This document shows, in pieces, positions 24,380 to 36,084 of a DNA stretch of 64,000 nt (its first letter is position 1; each line of letters opens with the position of its first letter). Source of the stretch: Okamejei kenojei (lineage: Eukaryota); contig CM069147.1 of the NCBI GenBank assembly GCA_035221665.1, forward strand, positions 44,020,001 to 44,084,000. Direction: 5' to 3'. The notes below the pieces were generated by a model, which made no database searches, was not told the origin of the DNA, and saw nothing but the letters and a program-made list of their open reading frames with translations. The position numbers and the translations under genes were made by a program.

Positions 24380-25010
24380 TGTAATGCAGCAATGGCCCAC
24401 ACAGAATTAACCTTAATGTCGGGTTAAATCTGCAAATTTTGAAAGCAATATGTTTATATCATTTTCTTGGTGACTAACAGAGTTTTCTGACCACTGTCTT
24501 TAGTAAGGGAGTGGAATCAAGGCAGCAGGTGAGAGTGGAATGTATTTTCCTCAGCTCCTGGCTCTGTTAAGCTGCTAATCAAGGGCTGCTAGCAAGTGGT
24601 CCTGCTGGGTTTCAGAGTATGCCGTTAGCTGTTTTTAGCAAATCACAATCGCAGCGGTAGGCACGACTTTGGAATGGATTCACAAATTTTCTACTGGTTC
24701 AAAAAAAATTATCATTTTAGGCCAGGCTTCTTTCTAAAATTAATGATTGGGGCATGTGGAAAAGCTGTCAAATTGTGATAAAATGCTCAGTCAAAATTAC
24801 TTGTGAATTTTGTCTGGAATTGAAGGCAAAGTGAAATCATTCACTCTGCCTAGCCTTTTGTTTTGTGTGCATTTCTGTCAATTCTCTGAGGGAAAAATAT
24901 ATCCCCCATCTTTTATTGTAATCAAATTTATCTGGCATCTCTTGCCCCTATAAATTACTTATGCTACAATTGTCTGGCCACTCGTAGATTTTAGGGAGTT
25001 TATTTATTTA
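24380..25010. promoter_or_regulatory. Candidate conserved non-coding enhancer block
   Basis: Lies in a 5-kb stretch without recognisable repeats; complex sequence with clustered TAATC, TAATGATTG, CTGTCA and ATAAATTAC motifs. Confidence 0.4.
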
Positions 25011-28000
25011 TCCCCCGAAACCAAACGTTTTTGTGCCATGTTGTGTTCAGTTCTTCCAGGAGGATGAGAAAACATAAGAACTACTTTTTATTACACATTG
25101 GTTACCATAAAGCATTTAGAATCTCTGTCCCATAGGAAAAAAAGGGTTGAAATTAAAAATAATTTTTTTAAACATTTAATTTTTTGATTTCAATATAAAC
25201 AAAATTTGCTTCCCAAACACAGCATTGCTACTGTGGCATGCATTTTTGGGAGTGTTTTTTATTCTTTCACTTGTTTTCTAAAATGTCTGAACTTTGACCA
25301 AAGTCCATTATTTGAGCGTCATGATGGAGTATGTATCTCCTCTGCAGCTGGCTGTATATATTGGTTCTGTCTAAAAGAAAAAATGCAACAGATCCAGTGT
25401 TGCATATGTATACAAATTACAGGCATTTGTTACCTAACGTGATTGTGAGGTTATTGTTTCTGGAATGTCTGGTCCACAGAAAACTTGTGCTGTGGGGAAG
25501 AGTTGCAGTGCGAAAGGGAACACCCCATCTTTCACATCTAGTCATGTTGGGCTTCCTCCCTGCACCACTGCCAGTTGATTTTTGCATTAGGTCCGCTTCG
25601 AGAAAAAGTTCGCCATGTACCAAATTACGAAAAGAAGAACGTGGAAGTTAATTTTCCTAAATTGATTTGGAATATTTTGCTGAAAATATACATCACGGTG
25701 CTAATGAGAGAGGAAGCAGGTGACAGAAATGTATAAACACAGTAATATTTTTGTTGATGTATATATATAGTCATTGTTAAAAATATGACATAGGGCATGA
25801 AGCCGAAACTTGAAAGAAAAGTATTCTAGACATCGATTGATATTCAAAACTACTCCCAACGCTGTAAAAATAGACCACAGTTTAATTATATTTGGGGTAT
25901 CTTTTGTTCGGGATTTTATTATCTATAAATAAATGTACATCAGGTTGTAGTTTAAATAGTACATTTATTGAGACAGTACTTTGACATTCACCAAGTGACT
26001 TGACTTGTACAAAGTAACATGTGGTGCATGGTTGAAATAGCCCAAACTTCTGTTTCAAATCTTTCTGATTTTTTTTTCCAGTTTTGTGAGTGTCTAGTAC
26101 AGAAACAGTCTTTGTTTTAAATCACAAGGGATAACTTAAAAGTTTCAAATGCCTTAACTGCTGACATTAATTCACTATTTTAAATGAGGACTGTTGTGAA
26201 GCATACTAAAGATGAATTTACTAGTGTAATTAAAATAAAGCATATTGATTAGAAAATTGAAATATTTTTAATGAATGCAGACACGCATTCATATGTTTCA
26301 AATTATGTGTGAAACCATAGGATTTTGTTCGGTGTTTTTACTGAATCGTTATTCAATGTCTCTTCAGTTTTAAATTTTATCATTAAAATGGTTGCCAATT
26401 TTAGGTCTCTGCACAGAACTGGTTCTAAACATAACTCCAATCTTTGACATCGACCTGAATGATTCCAAAAATTGAAGGGTATCTTTACGGAACAGGATTA
26501 ATACCATTTCCATAAGTATGAATACTTACAGATTGTGGGTGAATATTGTTTTTTATTTCGATCAAAGAATAGATTTATATTCTATTTAATTAATGTACAT
26601 TTTTCTAGTTGTTATGTCTACTGAAGTTAATTCTGCAGAATTATTAAACCATTGTTTGCTATTTAATTTATATATTCTCCTTTATTGATGTTAAATATAG
26701 ACGTTGCATTTATAAATAATTCTGTAATTATAGCAATAATGCTATGGCATGGAATACATACTATAAACATTGATATAAAGAGAAAAAGGAAATTAAATAA
26801 TTTATCAAAGCAATCTAATTAAATTCTTAAAGTTAGTCTGCAAAATTTTAATGCAAATTATAACAACTTTCAATCTTTGTTATTAATAAGAAAACATCGA
26901 ATCTAATTTGGAAGTAATTGAAGTTTTTGTTTTTAGAACATAACCTAGATGTGCATTAACAAATAGAAGATTTGAAAAGTGCTTTAACCAGGCACATTGC
27001 AGATTTTTTTTTATAAAGCCTCATGAACCAAACGCACAGCTAAATCTGGGTTACATTAGTGGCTTGAGGCCTCTAACTGTGACCTGCTGTTAAATTGGAT
27101 CAGACCTACTCAGAAGATGGTGCTAAATTTTCTGCTTTGATCAAAATACTGATGGGGGATGGTTTTGGCGGGAACACCAGAGGAACCCATTTTGTTCTCT
27201 CATTTCTTTGTACTGTATGTGTGAGGAATGAATTATCATTTTTCATATTTTTGGAGTTCGTTTTGATCTGATTCTCATTTGGTGGCAGGTGGCTGGTTTT
27301 TAAAAGGCAAACACCATAAATGGTTATACATATGGAAGCTAAAATCAACTGAATTAAATTGAGATTTATGCCCAGACCAAGTTGCTGTGCAATGTGTAAT
27401 ATCGGGAATGAGTTCCTTCTGGATTTTATGAATAAAGTTAGCCAGAAATGATTATAAGTTTTTAGGACCATCAGTTTGACGAAAGCATTTAAGCTTTGAT
27501 CCATTCATACTTGGGACGCCACTGTAATGGTGTCCAACTTGCACTTACCTTTTGCAGTTATTTGTCTCACCACTTTCTTGAGGAGTCACCATTGCAGTCA
27601 TCCCAAGAGGCAGAGTGGCAATTTGGTCTCAGGTGGTAGGTTCTGTCGGCTCAACCTGTGCTGTTAAAATCCAGTTCAACTATCCCTGATGGTCAGAAAC
27701 AATTAGAGATGACTCTTATTCTTAACATTAATTGAAAAAATAAACGATAAAATAATCAAACATGAACATAAGTTTAGATTATGAGAAAAAGGAAACACAA
27801 ACTTAACTTCCACTGATCTTTTTAGAAATTCCACACCCTTCCGGCTGCACTTGCTACATCAACCATGTGCTGTGGACTTCTGAAGGGGAAGCCATTTTGG
27901 GTCAGGACAAGCCTTTAATGTGTGCTGAAACCATTGGCTGAGTGAAAGATCAGATGCAGCAACAGAACTTCTGGCCTCTTACAAGCTTAAGGTAAGGAGA

Positions 28001-28073
28001 TTTCCAACCCGATGGCTACAGTGGTGAAAAATAAAATACATTTAGTAAGATAATCTAAATATAGAAATGAAGC

Positions 28074-28179
28074 TGGACAGAAAAAGCTGGAGTAACTCAG
28101 TGGGTTAGGCCACTTCTAGAGAAAATGAATCTGTGACGTTTCAGCTCGAGGCCCTTCTTTAGACTCATGACTCATGATT
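28074..28179 (-). mobile_element. Minimal (106-bp) Penelope pLTR insertion with 14-bp TSD
   Basis: tatagaaatgaagc at 28060-28073 and 28180-28193 flanks gacagaaaaagctggagtaactcag...gtgacgtttcagctcgaggcccttctttagact. Confidence 0.9.
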
Positions 28180-28682
28180 TATAGAAATGAAGCAATGATC
28201 CTGTTCTAATTTTGTTTGAAATGTAAAGGTTTATGAATAAAGCTGCATGTTGGGAGAAGTAAAATAGACTGCTTTGAGTTAGTGTCCAATTCGATGCAGT
28301 GGTCAGTTTTCAGTTCTATTGAAGTTCTATCCCCTTATCTTTAAGTTATATTGAAGCCATTAAATTATTGGGCATTGAACAGAATAGTTGTTAGATCTAA
28401 CACAATATTTTAGTTCAGTCTTGCTATCCCCCCCCCCCCCATATATTTTATTTTACCATTGAAAGATAAATATTTAAATGAATATGCTGCTAATTTAAAA
28501 ATGTATGATTTTTGATTGCCGTCAATCCTGTTTTGAAAACATTGATGTATCTTCATCAGCAATCATTAATAATTGCACAATTTCTGGCACATATCTTGCT
28601 GATTAACACAAAGAGCACAAACAAGAATTTACCCAATTAATTGGAAACGAGTCCAAACAAAACCCAAATACCAAATGTGCAT

Positions 28683-28814
28683 GAAGACACAGAGAACTGT
28701 AGATGCTGGAATCTTGAACAAAACACAAGATGCTGGGAAGAACTCAGCCGATCAGGCAGCATTTGAGGAGTGAATTGATCGGCCACTTTTCAGGTCGGGT
28801 CCCTTCATCAGACT
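28683..28814 (-). mobile_element. Divergent Penelope pLTR unit
   Basis: gaactgtagatgctgg...ggcagcat...cccttcatcagactg; minus strand reads CTGATGA-agggacccgacct-GAAA. Confidence 0.7.
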
Positions 28815-30587
28815 GTTTGGATCTGCCAAATGTGTCTCTTTGCTCAGCCATTAGACATGAAGTAAACTGGTAGAGCTCCTCCTTGCTGAGGTTCTCCAGG
28901 ACTTGAATAGTGTTATCATCTCTCAAATACTCTCATTAAACATTGTGCAGGATCCAAGATGTTGTGGATTGCAATAGAAATTGCAGAACCACACAGTAGA
29001 AAGCACATGGGAAGATAAGACCCTTTAACATGATGACATTTTTCATAAAGTATTTAAAAAAAAGATATTTATATGATTTTGGTTGGCTTTCACTATTTTA
29101 TTTTAATTGTTATTAAATATTTTTAAAAATTATTTAAATTTTAAATGTTTTCAAATGTCTAAAGTCAGAGACATTTAAATCTTTTTGACTGAATCTTACA
29201 ACTATGACAACTGTAAATGATGGACATGGTACGTTGCCTGTTAACAAAGATTTCATGGACATTTTAGGCAAGAAAATTAAATGTTAGAACACAAGTGTTA
29301 GACAAACCTGTGTTAGAAAGTTTCACCTCTTTTAGTAATTGGCAGAATTTTATAAATATCTTTCTTATTGTTAATTTGCACCTGCTCAGTCCTCATCTGA
29401 ATATTTAATTCTCGACACATTCATTAAATCTTTGTTTTGCCGAATTGGCATTAGTGGGGGCAACTGATAAATGTAGCATCCTATGTTAAACATTGATACT
29501 GATTGAGAATTACAATATATTTTTTAGCTGCAGTATGTTATCTGTTTAATTTCTGTGCATTTGTCAAAGCAGCATGGTACAGACAGGTAACTTTAATAAA
29601 TCTTTGAAACAGAGATTAAAATAAAGATACTAAATATGGTTTTGTTTTCTTCAATGCATATCTGTTTTGTATTTCCCCCTAATCTGTGCCGGAATTCAAT
29701 TATTTGAATGCTTAAACTGTAGTCTGAAACTTTACTAAGCAATTTTCTTCAAACAAAAATAGCCTGCAACAATTTTCCGTGAACCAATTTATGCAAGGAT
29801 TAATTTCTGAGACAAATATATTTACAAAAGAGTTAGCAGATGGATAAATGTTCACTTTCATTTTGTTTTTACATGTTATCTATATTTTACTTTCAACCTT
29901 AATTTATTTCACTCCCCCGTAAATTAGTTTACTGTGATTCAATGGTGAACGGCTTTTTTTTATTTTGTATTTGCACCAAATCTTATAAATTAATGGATCC
30001 TGGTGTTGTCATCATAAAATAGGTATCACATTACGACCGAATAAAGTGTGAATGGATTATTGGTTAAGGCTACGTGATTTAAAATGTGGTCATCAGTACA
30101 TCAGTGATAGCCTGCCCAAGAAAAAAAAAACAGCTGTGTATCAGAAAGCTATTGCCAGTGTTTCATTATTCCACTGTTAATGCCTTTACCAAGTTAAACC
30201 ATGAAAACATTGAATAACAATTCTGATAGGTATCATGAAAAATATATTACTTGTTCTTTGAGGAAAGGAAAAGGAAATTGCATCAAGGGATTTGTAGCTT
30301 CACGAAATGAATTTTATTTACTGCTTTAGTTTAATTATTCACTTGCCTTCTTTCTGGGTGTTTATCAAGGTAAAGGATATCAGTGCTGGGGAACAGAACC
30401 TATTTCATTTTTGAAGCAATAAAGATACCTAGATCAGGTGTGGCACCGTCTAGACAAAGGGTAGAACGTTCTCTGCTCTTACCCTAAACCCTACCTGATC
30501 AACGTGACAGATGTATACCTCCTGCTGCCCGACTTGTGTGATGTTGTCTGTTCGGACCCTTGACTGGGAACTGAACAATTATGTATG

Positions 30588-30658
30588 CTTTCTCTCAGTT
30601 TCCCTTTCCCTCTCTTCTCGCTCTTTGACTCTCACTTTCTGCCACCTTTCTCCAGCAG
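30588..30658 (+). other. Candidate strong 3' splice acceptor (long polypyrimidine tract, CAGCAG)
   Basis: About 65 nt of pyrimidine-rich sequence with ctcac (branch-point-like) ending ...ctttctccagcag. Confidence 0.35.
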
Positions 30659-31910
30659 GACTCAATTATCCATCATCACAGAAGAAAGCACAGCAACTGA
30701 CAGAAAATCACAAATCCCTAGATTTTTGTCTTGCATTTATTGCTTGCTTATAACACAGCACGGATATTCCCCAAGAGAAGTGAACAAAACACAAATAACA
30801 AAATAAGCATAATGAGGCGATGCGCACACAAGACTTTGCTTTGTGAAGGGCCTGGTGAATAATTGGGAGAGGACTCTGTAGGAAAACGAGGGACCCACAG
30901 CCCTGGATATGTTAACAATTGTTTCTGGATGTAAAATAAAATCTGAGTGTTAAGTAGATTTAATTTTTCACTTGCTTTTCATGTCTGGTGTTAATTGCTT
31001 TCACTGTTTTGAATGTTTATAATTGCTTTATCCTCATGACAATAATTTTCTCAAACAGTAAAGTATCCAGTTATTTTAATCTTTGAGGAAAGTTACTTTG
31101 CACATTTGGTTTAGTGTTTTCAGCAAACTGACATGGTGTTCAATCATAAATGCTAAAATAGATAAGAATGTATATTCCCAACACTGCAAAAATAAAGGCT
31201 GAGAGCAGGTTTGATCAACAATGCAGACTTCATATAAGTAGGTGTTGCTGCATCTGTGCATGTATCCGAGACTCACTCCAATGCACAAATCCTAGAGTTG
31301 TGTCCCTCAGATAATATGTCAAATGTTAATAGTTGTGCCTGTCTGAATCTAAAGGCAAACTCTAACATCTTTCCAAACTCATTTACAGATGGCATCCACT
31401 CTGAAAATTATTATTTTTTCACCACTTCCTTCAGAGGTCGAAATTTACCTTTCTGTCAAATTCTGCAACACCAATTCTTCTCAATCACACATGTGCCAGG
31501 TTGCAATATGTTGAAATATTGTCTGCCTGAAGTAAGAGGTCCAATGAATTAAAACCAAATGTCCAAGAACAATGTTCAGAATGCATTGACAGACATAACT
31601 ATTGTTCATTTTAATCATGGGTCTTCTTGAAATCTTGTTTCTTTGACAGTTATTCCTATTTTTTTCTTCAACTGCGAATTGCTTCAAACAGTGCACTAAC
31701 TTAAAGCCAAGGTATCAGCAATCAGTCTTTCCCAATCTTGGGCCTCCATTGATTCAGATCTGCTCGTCTGAAGGAGCCAAGAAGCACTTGAAATAATGGG
31801 AACATTAACCTTCCTGGGAGAAAATGGTGCTTAAGCTTTGGAAGTTCTCCTGATCAGCTGGGTTGAAAAATTTAATTCAAAGAAAGGGTACCAACAAATC
31901 TACTGTTCAG

Positions 31911-32042
31911 TGTGTAGGAAGGAACTGTAGATGCTGGTTTACACCAAAGATAGACACAAAATGTTGGAGCAACTCAGCGGGACAGGCAGCATCTCTGGTT
32001 AGAAGGAATGGGTAATGTTTCAAGACCCTTCTTCAGACTGAC
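31911..32042 (-). mobile_element. Penelope pLTR unit with 9-bp TSD
   Basis: actgttcag at 31902-31910 and 32043-32051 flanks gtgtaggaaggaactg...cccttcttcagactg. Confidence 0.9.
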
Positions 32043-33399
32043 ACTGTTCAGCTCCATTGCAGTATCAAATGATCAGAGGTCCTTTGTGGCCATTTTTGTG
32101 CCATCCTTCTGCTAATTTAAGTGGGCTCCAGTAGCCAAGAACTGAGGACCAGCTTGCTGACGGTCAGAATTACCCAGTTATTTCAAACTGCTTCTCCATG
32201 ACTCTCAAGTCATTTGAATGAATGAATGAATGACTAAATGATTAGTCATTTGAGTAACTAATCAGCATGATAAGCAAGTTTGTTAATTTGGATTTAATCA
32301 AATGAGGTTCAGGAGTTAAAAATTGTTCCTCTCAATTGCTCTGCACAAGAACCAGTAGCAAAACAGCATACATAAATAATGTTCCTGAGGTTTCTGAAAG
32401 AATATCACACATGTAGGTATAAACAAGTGAGATTTCAGAAAAATATCTGAAAATGCCATTAACATCGAAGTCGCAAAAATAGTCATCTCTTTGTTGACGA
32501 TATATTTTTCCACAGATGCTCTTGCTAATGTTGTAAATATGACTTAAAACTATCTTAGTGAGCAATAACTTTGGTTCATTTTTCTAAAATAAATGTCTAA
32601 TGTTGAATCGAAAATTAAACTTGGAAAGTGGTTCAATGCCTCTGTTTTTTCTTTGAAAACACTTGCAAAGAGGACCAACGGAAAGGAGCGGCGGTAGATG
32701 CCTGTTCTTTGAACTTTTCTTTCTGAGACTGCACTGCAAATCTGGCCAGTATTAATCAGCGATCACATAAATCTTTAAGCTTTTGATAAAATGAAAAGAA
32801 AAATGAAAATTCTCAGAATGAAGCAAAAGACAACCTTGATCTTGAAGTGTGCCTTACTCACAAAGTCTGCACCTGACAAGGACACGCAATAACTGTCTGT
32901 AGCAATAATAGGCTTCACCATGGCGTTCCGAACATTCTGAAACTGTTTTGTCAGGGACAGTTTCGTGAATGAAATGTGAAACCATGAAACACTGAGTCCA
33001 TTTTCAAAGACCTCAGAGGACCCTTATTACTGTTGTGCATATGGCATTTATTATATTTTATTTTTCTTTCTTTAATTTAATGCCATGTGTAGATAGGGGT
33101 CAACTAAAGTGGTGCAAATGTGTTTACTTTTCTAAGGATCTATGTTTGTTCAGTATTAATTATTATAGATCAGTTATTCCAATTAGACCTGATTCATTTT
33201 AAGTTTACAATTGAGTTGAAATGACAGGCTAATCATGTTTTGCTAAGACAGGCTATACAAAGGCCAATAAAATATATAGTCTTAAGTTTACTAAATGAAT
33301 TGGAACTTTGAAATCAAGTTGTCCATGACTGAATCGTTCTACAAGACTTCAAGTCTTAGAGGCACAGTGAATGGCAATGAACTAATATACTTCAATGCA

Positions 33400-33980
33400 G
33401 GCTATAGAATGGGCAGAGAGGTGGCAGATGACATTTATTGCTGAGAAATGCAAGGTGTTACGTTTTGGTAGGAAAAGCACAAAGAGGCGATACAAACTGA
33501 AAGAAATAAATCCAATCTGGTGCAAAACCAACGAGATCTGGGGTGATATGTGCATAGTTCACTGAAGGTGGCAGAGCAGGTTGATAAAGTAGTTAGTAAA
33601 GCAAAGGGTGGCTGGGTTTGATGAAAAGTGAAGGAAAGTGCAAAAGTAATGAAGTCCTGAGCAAACTTTATAGTACTTTAGTTCAGCTAGAAATGGAACA
33701 TTGTGTCAGTTTTTGACTCCCTCACTTCACTTGGAAAGAAATGTAAAGATTTTGGACCCAATGTTTTTCCAGTGATGAGAGCCTTTGGTTGTGTGGATAC
33801 ACTGGACAATGCTTGGGACAGTGAGGTCATGAGGTGTTCTTACAAAAGGAGATACATAAACTCATCAAGGATATAGATCTGGTAGGCAGAGAGAAACTGT
33901 TTCTACTGGGAGGAAGATCAAGAATTGGGGGGCATTAAATGAAAGTGATTTGCAAATCAACCACAGTGGACATAAGGAAA
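33400..33980 (+). mobile_element. Decayed CR1 LINE RT/C-terminal fragment
   Basis: EWAERWQMTFIAEKCKVLRFGRK...QRDLGV...SLKVAEQVDKVVSKA. Confidence 0.85.
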
Positions 33981-34899
33981 CAAAATAGTATACAAATTAT
34001 TACCACTTTTTCCTACATTGGCACGAGTGCTCTTCAGAAAGACGGCACCTCACTGTTTGGGTAGACCTTTGAATGCTGTTGTATCAGGAACTGCTGTTCA
34101 CTTCACAGATTTGGAGTTTGTTGCATGTCTTACTGAACAGAAGACTCTGAGGATACTACATTGGTAATGAGTTTGGGATGTTGTTACTTGAGGAATGATA
34201 AAGATGTAACTTGAGGAAGGATAAAGGTGAATTATTTTGAGGGAGAAGAAAGCTGGGTTCTCCGGAGAGAGCAGTAAGAATAACAGGCAACAGGTGTAAT
34301 AGGTATGTTGATGATGTGTATATATATGTTTGAAAAGTCATAACCATTTGCTGTGTACTTAGAATAGATAGAGATATTCCTGAGAGGAAATGATATCCTT
34401 AAAGGATAGACCACAGGAGGACACAGAGAACAGAGCAATGAGGCCTTGTGGAGTGAAGGAGGCATTATATTACTCATAGTAAGGTTGGAGACATACAGAA
34501 AGCGAATGGGCTTCAAGCTGCCTGAGCCATGAATGAAGACTTTGATAAGAATATTGTATAAACTTTCAAAGGTACATTTCAATCCAGTAACTTTAGAAAC
34601 TTCTACAAGTTATACATTTGGTACGTGCAACTGGGGACCAGAAGAAAATAGTTACTATGTGTTCAGGTTATGAACTCTGCAACAAGGTGCTGAGGGACTA
34701 TGCAGCATGCATTAATATGTGGTCCGATTGGGGAGGGAATTCAGACCGAGCTCTTTGATGCAGAACGATGCTTGAGACAGCTTGGGCAATGGTCTTCATC
34801 ATAGAAATTATGTTTATGTATCCGAGGCAGAGTTGTGAGTGGGGGGGGACATTCAGGAATTAACTGTGCCTCGATCTCTGTCCACAGAGAGTATCTCCA

Positions 34900-35075
34900 G
34901 TGATACAGTCCGAGTGAAAAGCTTTTGTTGCGTGTTAGCCAGTCAGTGGAAAGACAATACATGATTACGATCAAGCCAGTTACAGTGTGTAGATCTGCGA
35001 TAAGGGATAATGTTTAGTGCAAGGTAAAGCCAGTAAAGTCCAATCAAAGATATTCCGAGGGTCACCAAGAGGGTA
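34900..35075 (-). mobile_element. Rex1-type 3'UTR fragment
   Basis: gagtgaaaagcttttgttgcgtg...tttagtgcaag, similar to 1848-1955 and 21826-21860. Confidence 0.7.
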
Positions 35076-35482
35076 AGGCTGTGACGACTCTGGTGGAAAG
35101 TAGCTAAGCAAGGTCATTCCACCGGCCAAGAAGCTGCAAGCTCACAGAACCGACACTGAAATAAATGATCTCTTCATAGTGGTGGATGGAGGGCTACAAT
35201 TGGGGTGTGATTATGAGATCATTGTTCAAATGAATGGTCATCCATTTAGGAAGGTGGCTTGCACATGTGTGGAATGCACATTGACAAGGATGTGACACAT
35301 AATGTTTAGAGTGACTCCTCCGGTTAATGGGGATACATGTGGAAATCCGACACATTCTGGGCGTAGTGTTATGACACTGTGGAAATGGCAGAAAAGCCAG
35401 ATTGTGGCCAGTTATACATGGGACTGGTGGTATCGGCATTGATCTGAAGTACTCTCCTCTTCGCATTCCCACACTGACCTTT

Positions 35483-35619
35483 GTGGGACAGCCCGAAGAA
35501 AGGTCTCAACCCGAAACGTCACCCATTCATTCTATCCAGAGATGCTGCCTGTCCCGCTCAGTTACTCTAGCATGTTCTGTCTATCTTCAGTGTAAACCAG
35601 CATCTGCAGTTCCTTCCTA
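35483..35619 (+). mobile_element. pLTR unit inserted into a Penelope endonuclease sequence (imperfect 15-bp TSD)
   Basis: cccacactgaccttt (35468-35482) vs cccatactgatcttt (35620-35634), 13/15 identical. Confidence 0.75.
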
Positions 35620-36045
35620 CCCATACTGATCTTTCTGTCCTGTGCCTCCTTCATTGCCAGAATGAGGCAAACTGTAGGAATAGCACCTCATATTCCAATG
35701 TCCCAACAAGATGAACATTGAATTCTCCAGTTTTAGGTAACCTCTAACAACCCCCCCCCCCTTCCCTTTATCCCACACAGCCCCCTTTTTATTGCCCCTC
35801 TCCCTTCTGCCTCACCTGGACTTGCACCTATTTCTCCCCTCCCCCTCCACCTATATTCCTTCCTCTGGGTTCACAATTTGTAACTCTTCAAACCTTCTGT
35901 CTTGCACCTTTGTATTCATCTCTGGCCTTTAGCCAACCATCTACCTTCCATAACCCCCACCCTCCCCTTGCCTATGTTCATCTATCATCAAACACACCTG
36001 TCCCTCCTCTTTTCCACCCTTCTCCCCCACCCTCCCTCCCTACAA

Positions 36046-36084
36046 TCAGTCTGAAGAAGGATCCCAACCCGAAACGTCACCTGT
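36046..36084 (+). ncRNA. Minimal type I hammerhead ribozyme motif in a Penelope pLTR (best-preserved copy)
   Basis: cagt-CTGAAGA-aggatcccaaccc-GAAAC-GTC-acctg: CUGANGA and GAAA boxes, palindromic ACGU stem III, GUC cleavage triplet; stem II partly decayed relative to the family consensus gggtctcgaccc. Confidence 0.7.

Noticed and set aside
27106-27504. 132-aa minus-strand ORF in unique sequence
   Set aside because: No recognisable domain, AT-driven composition and no supporting splice structure.
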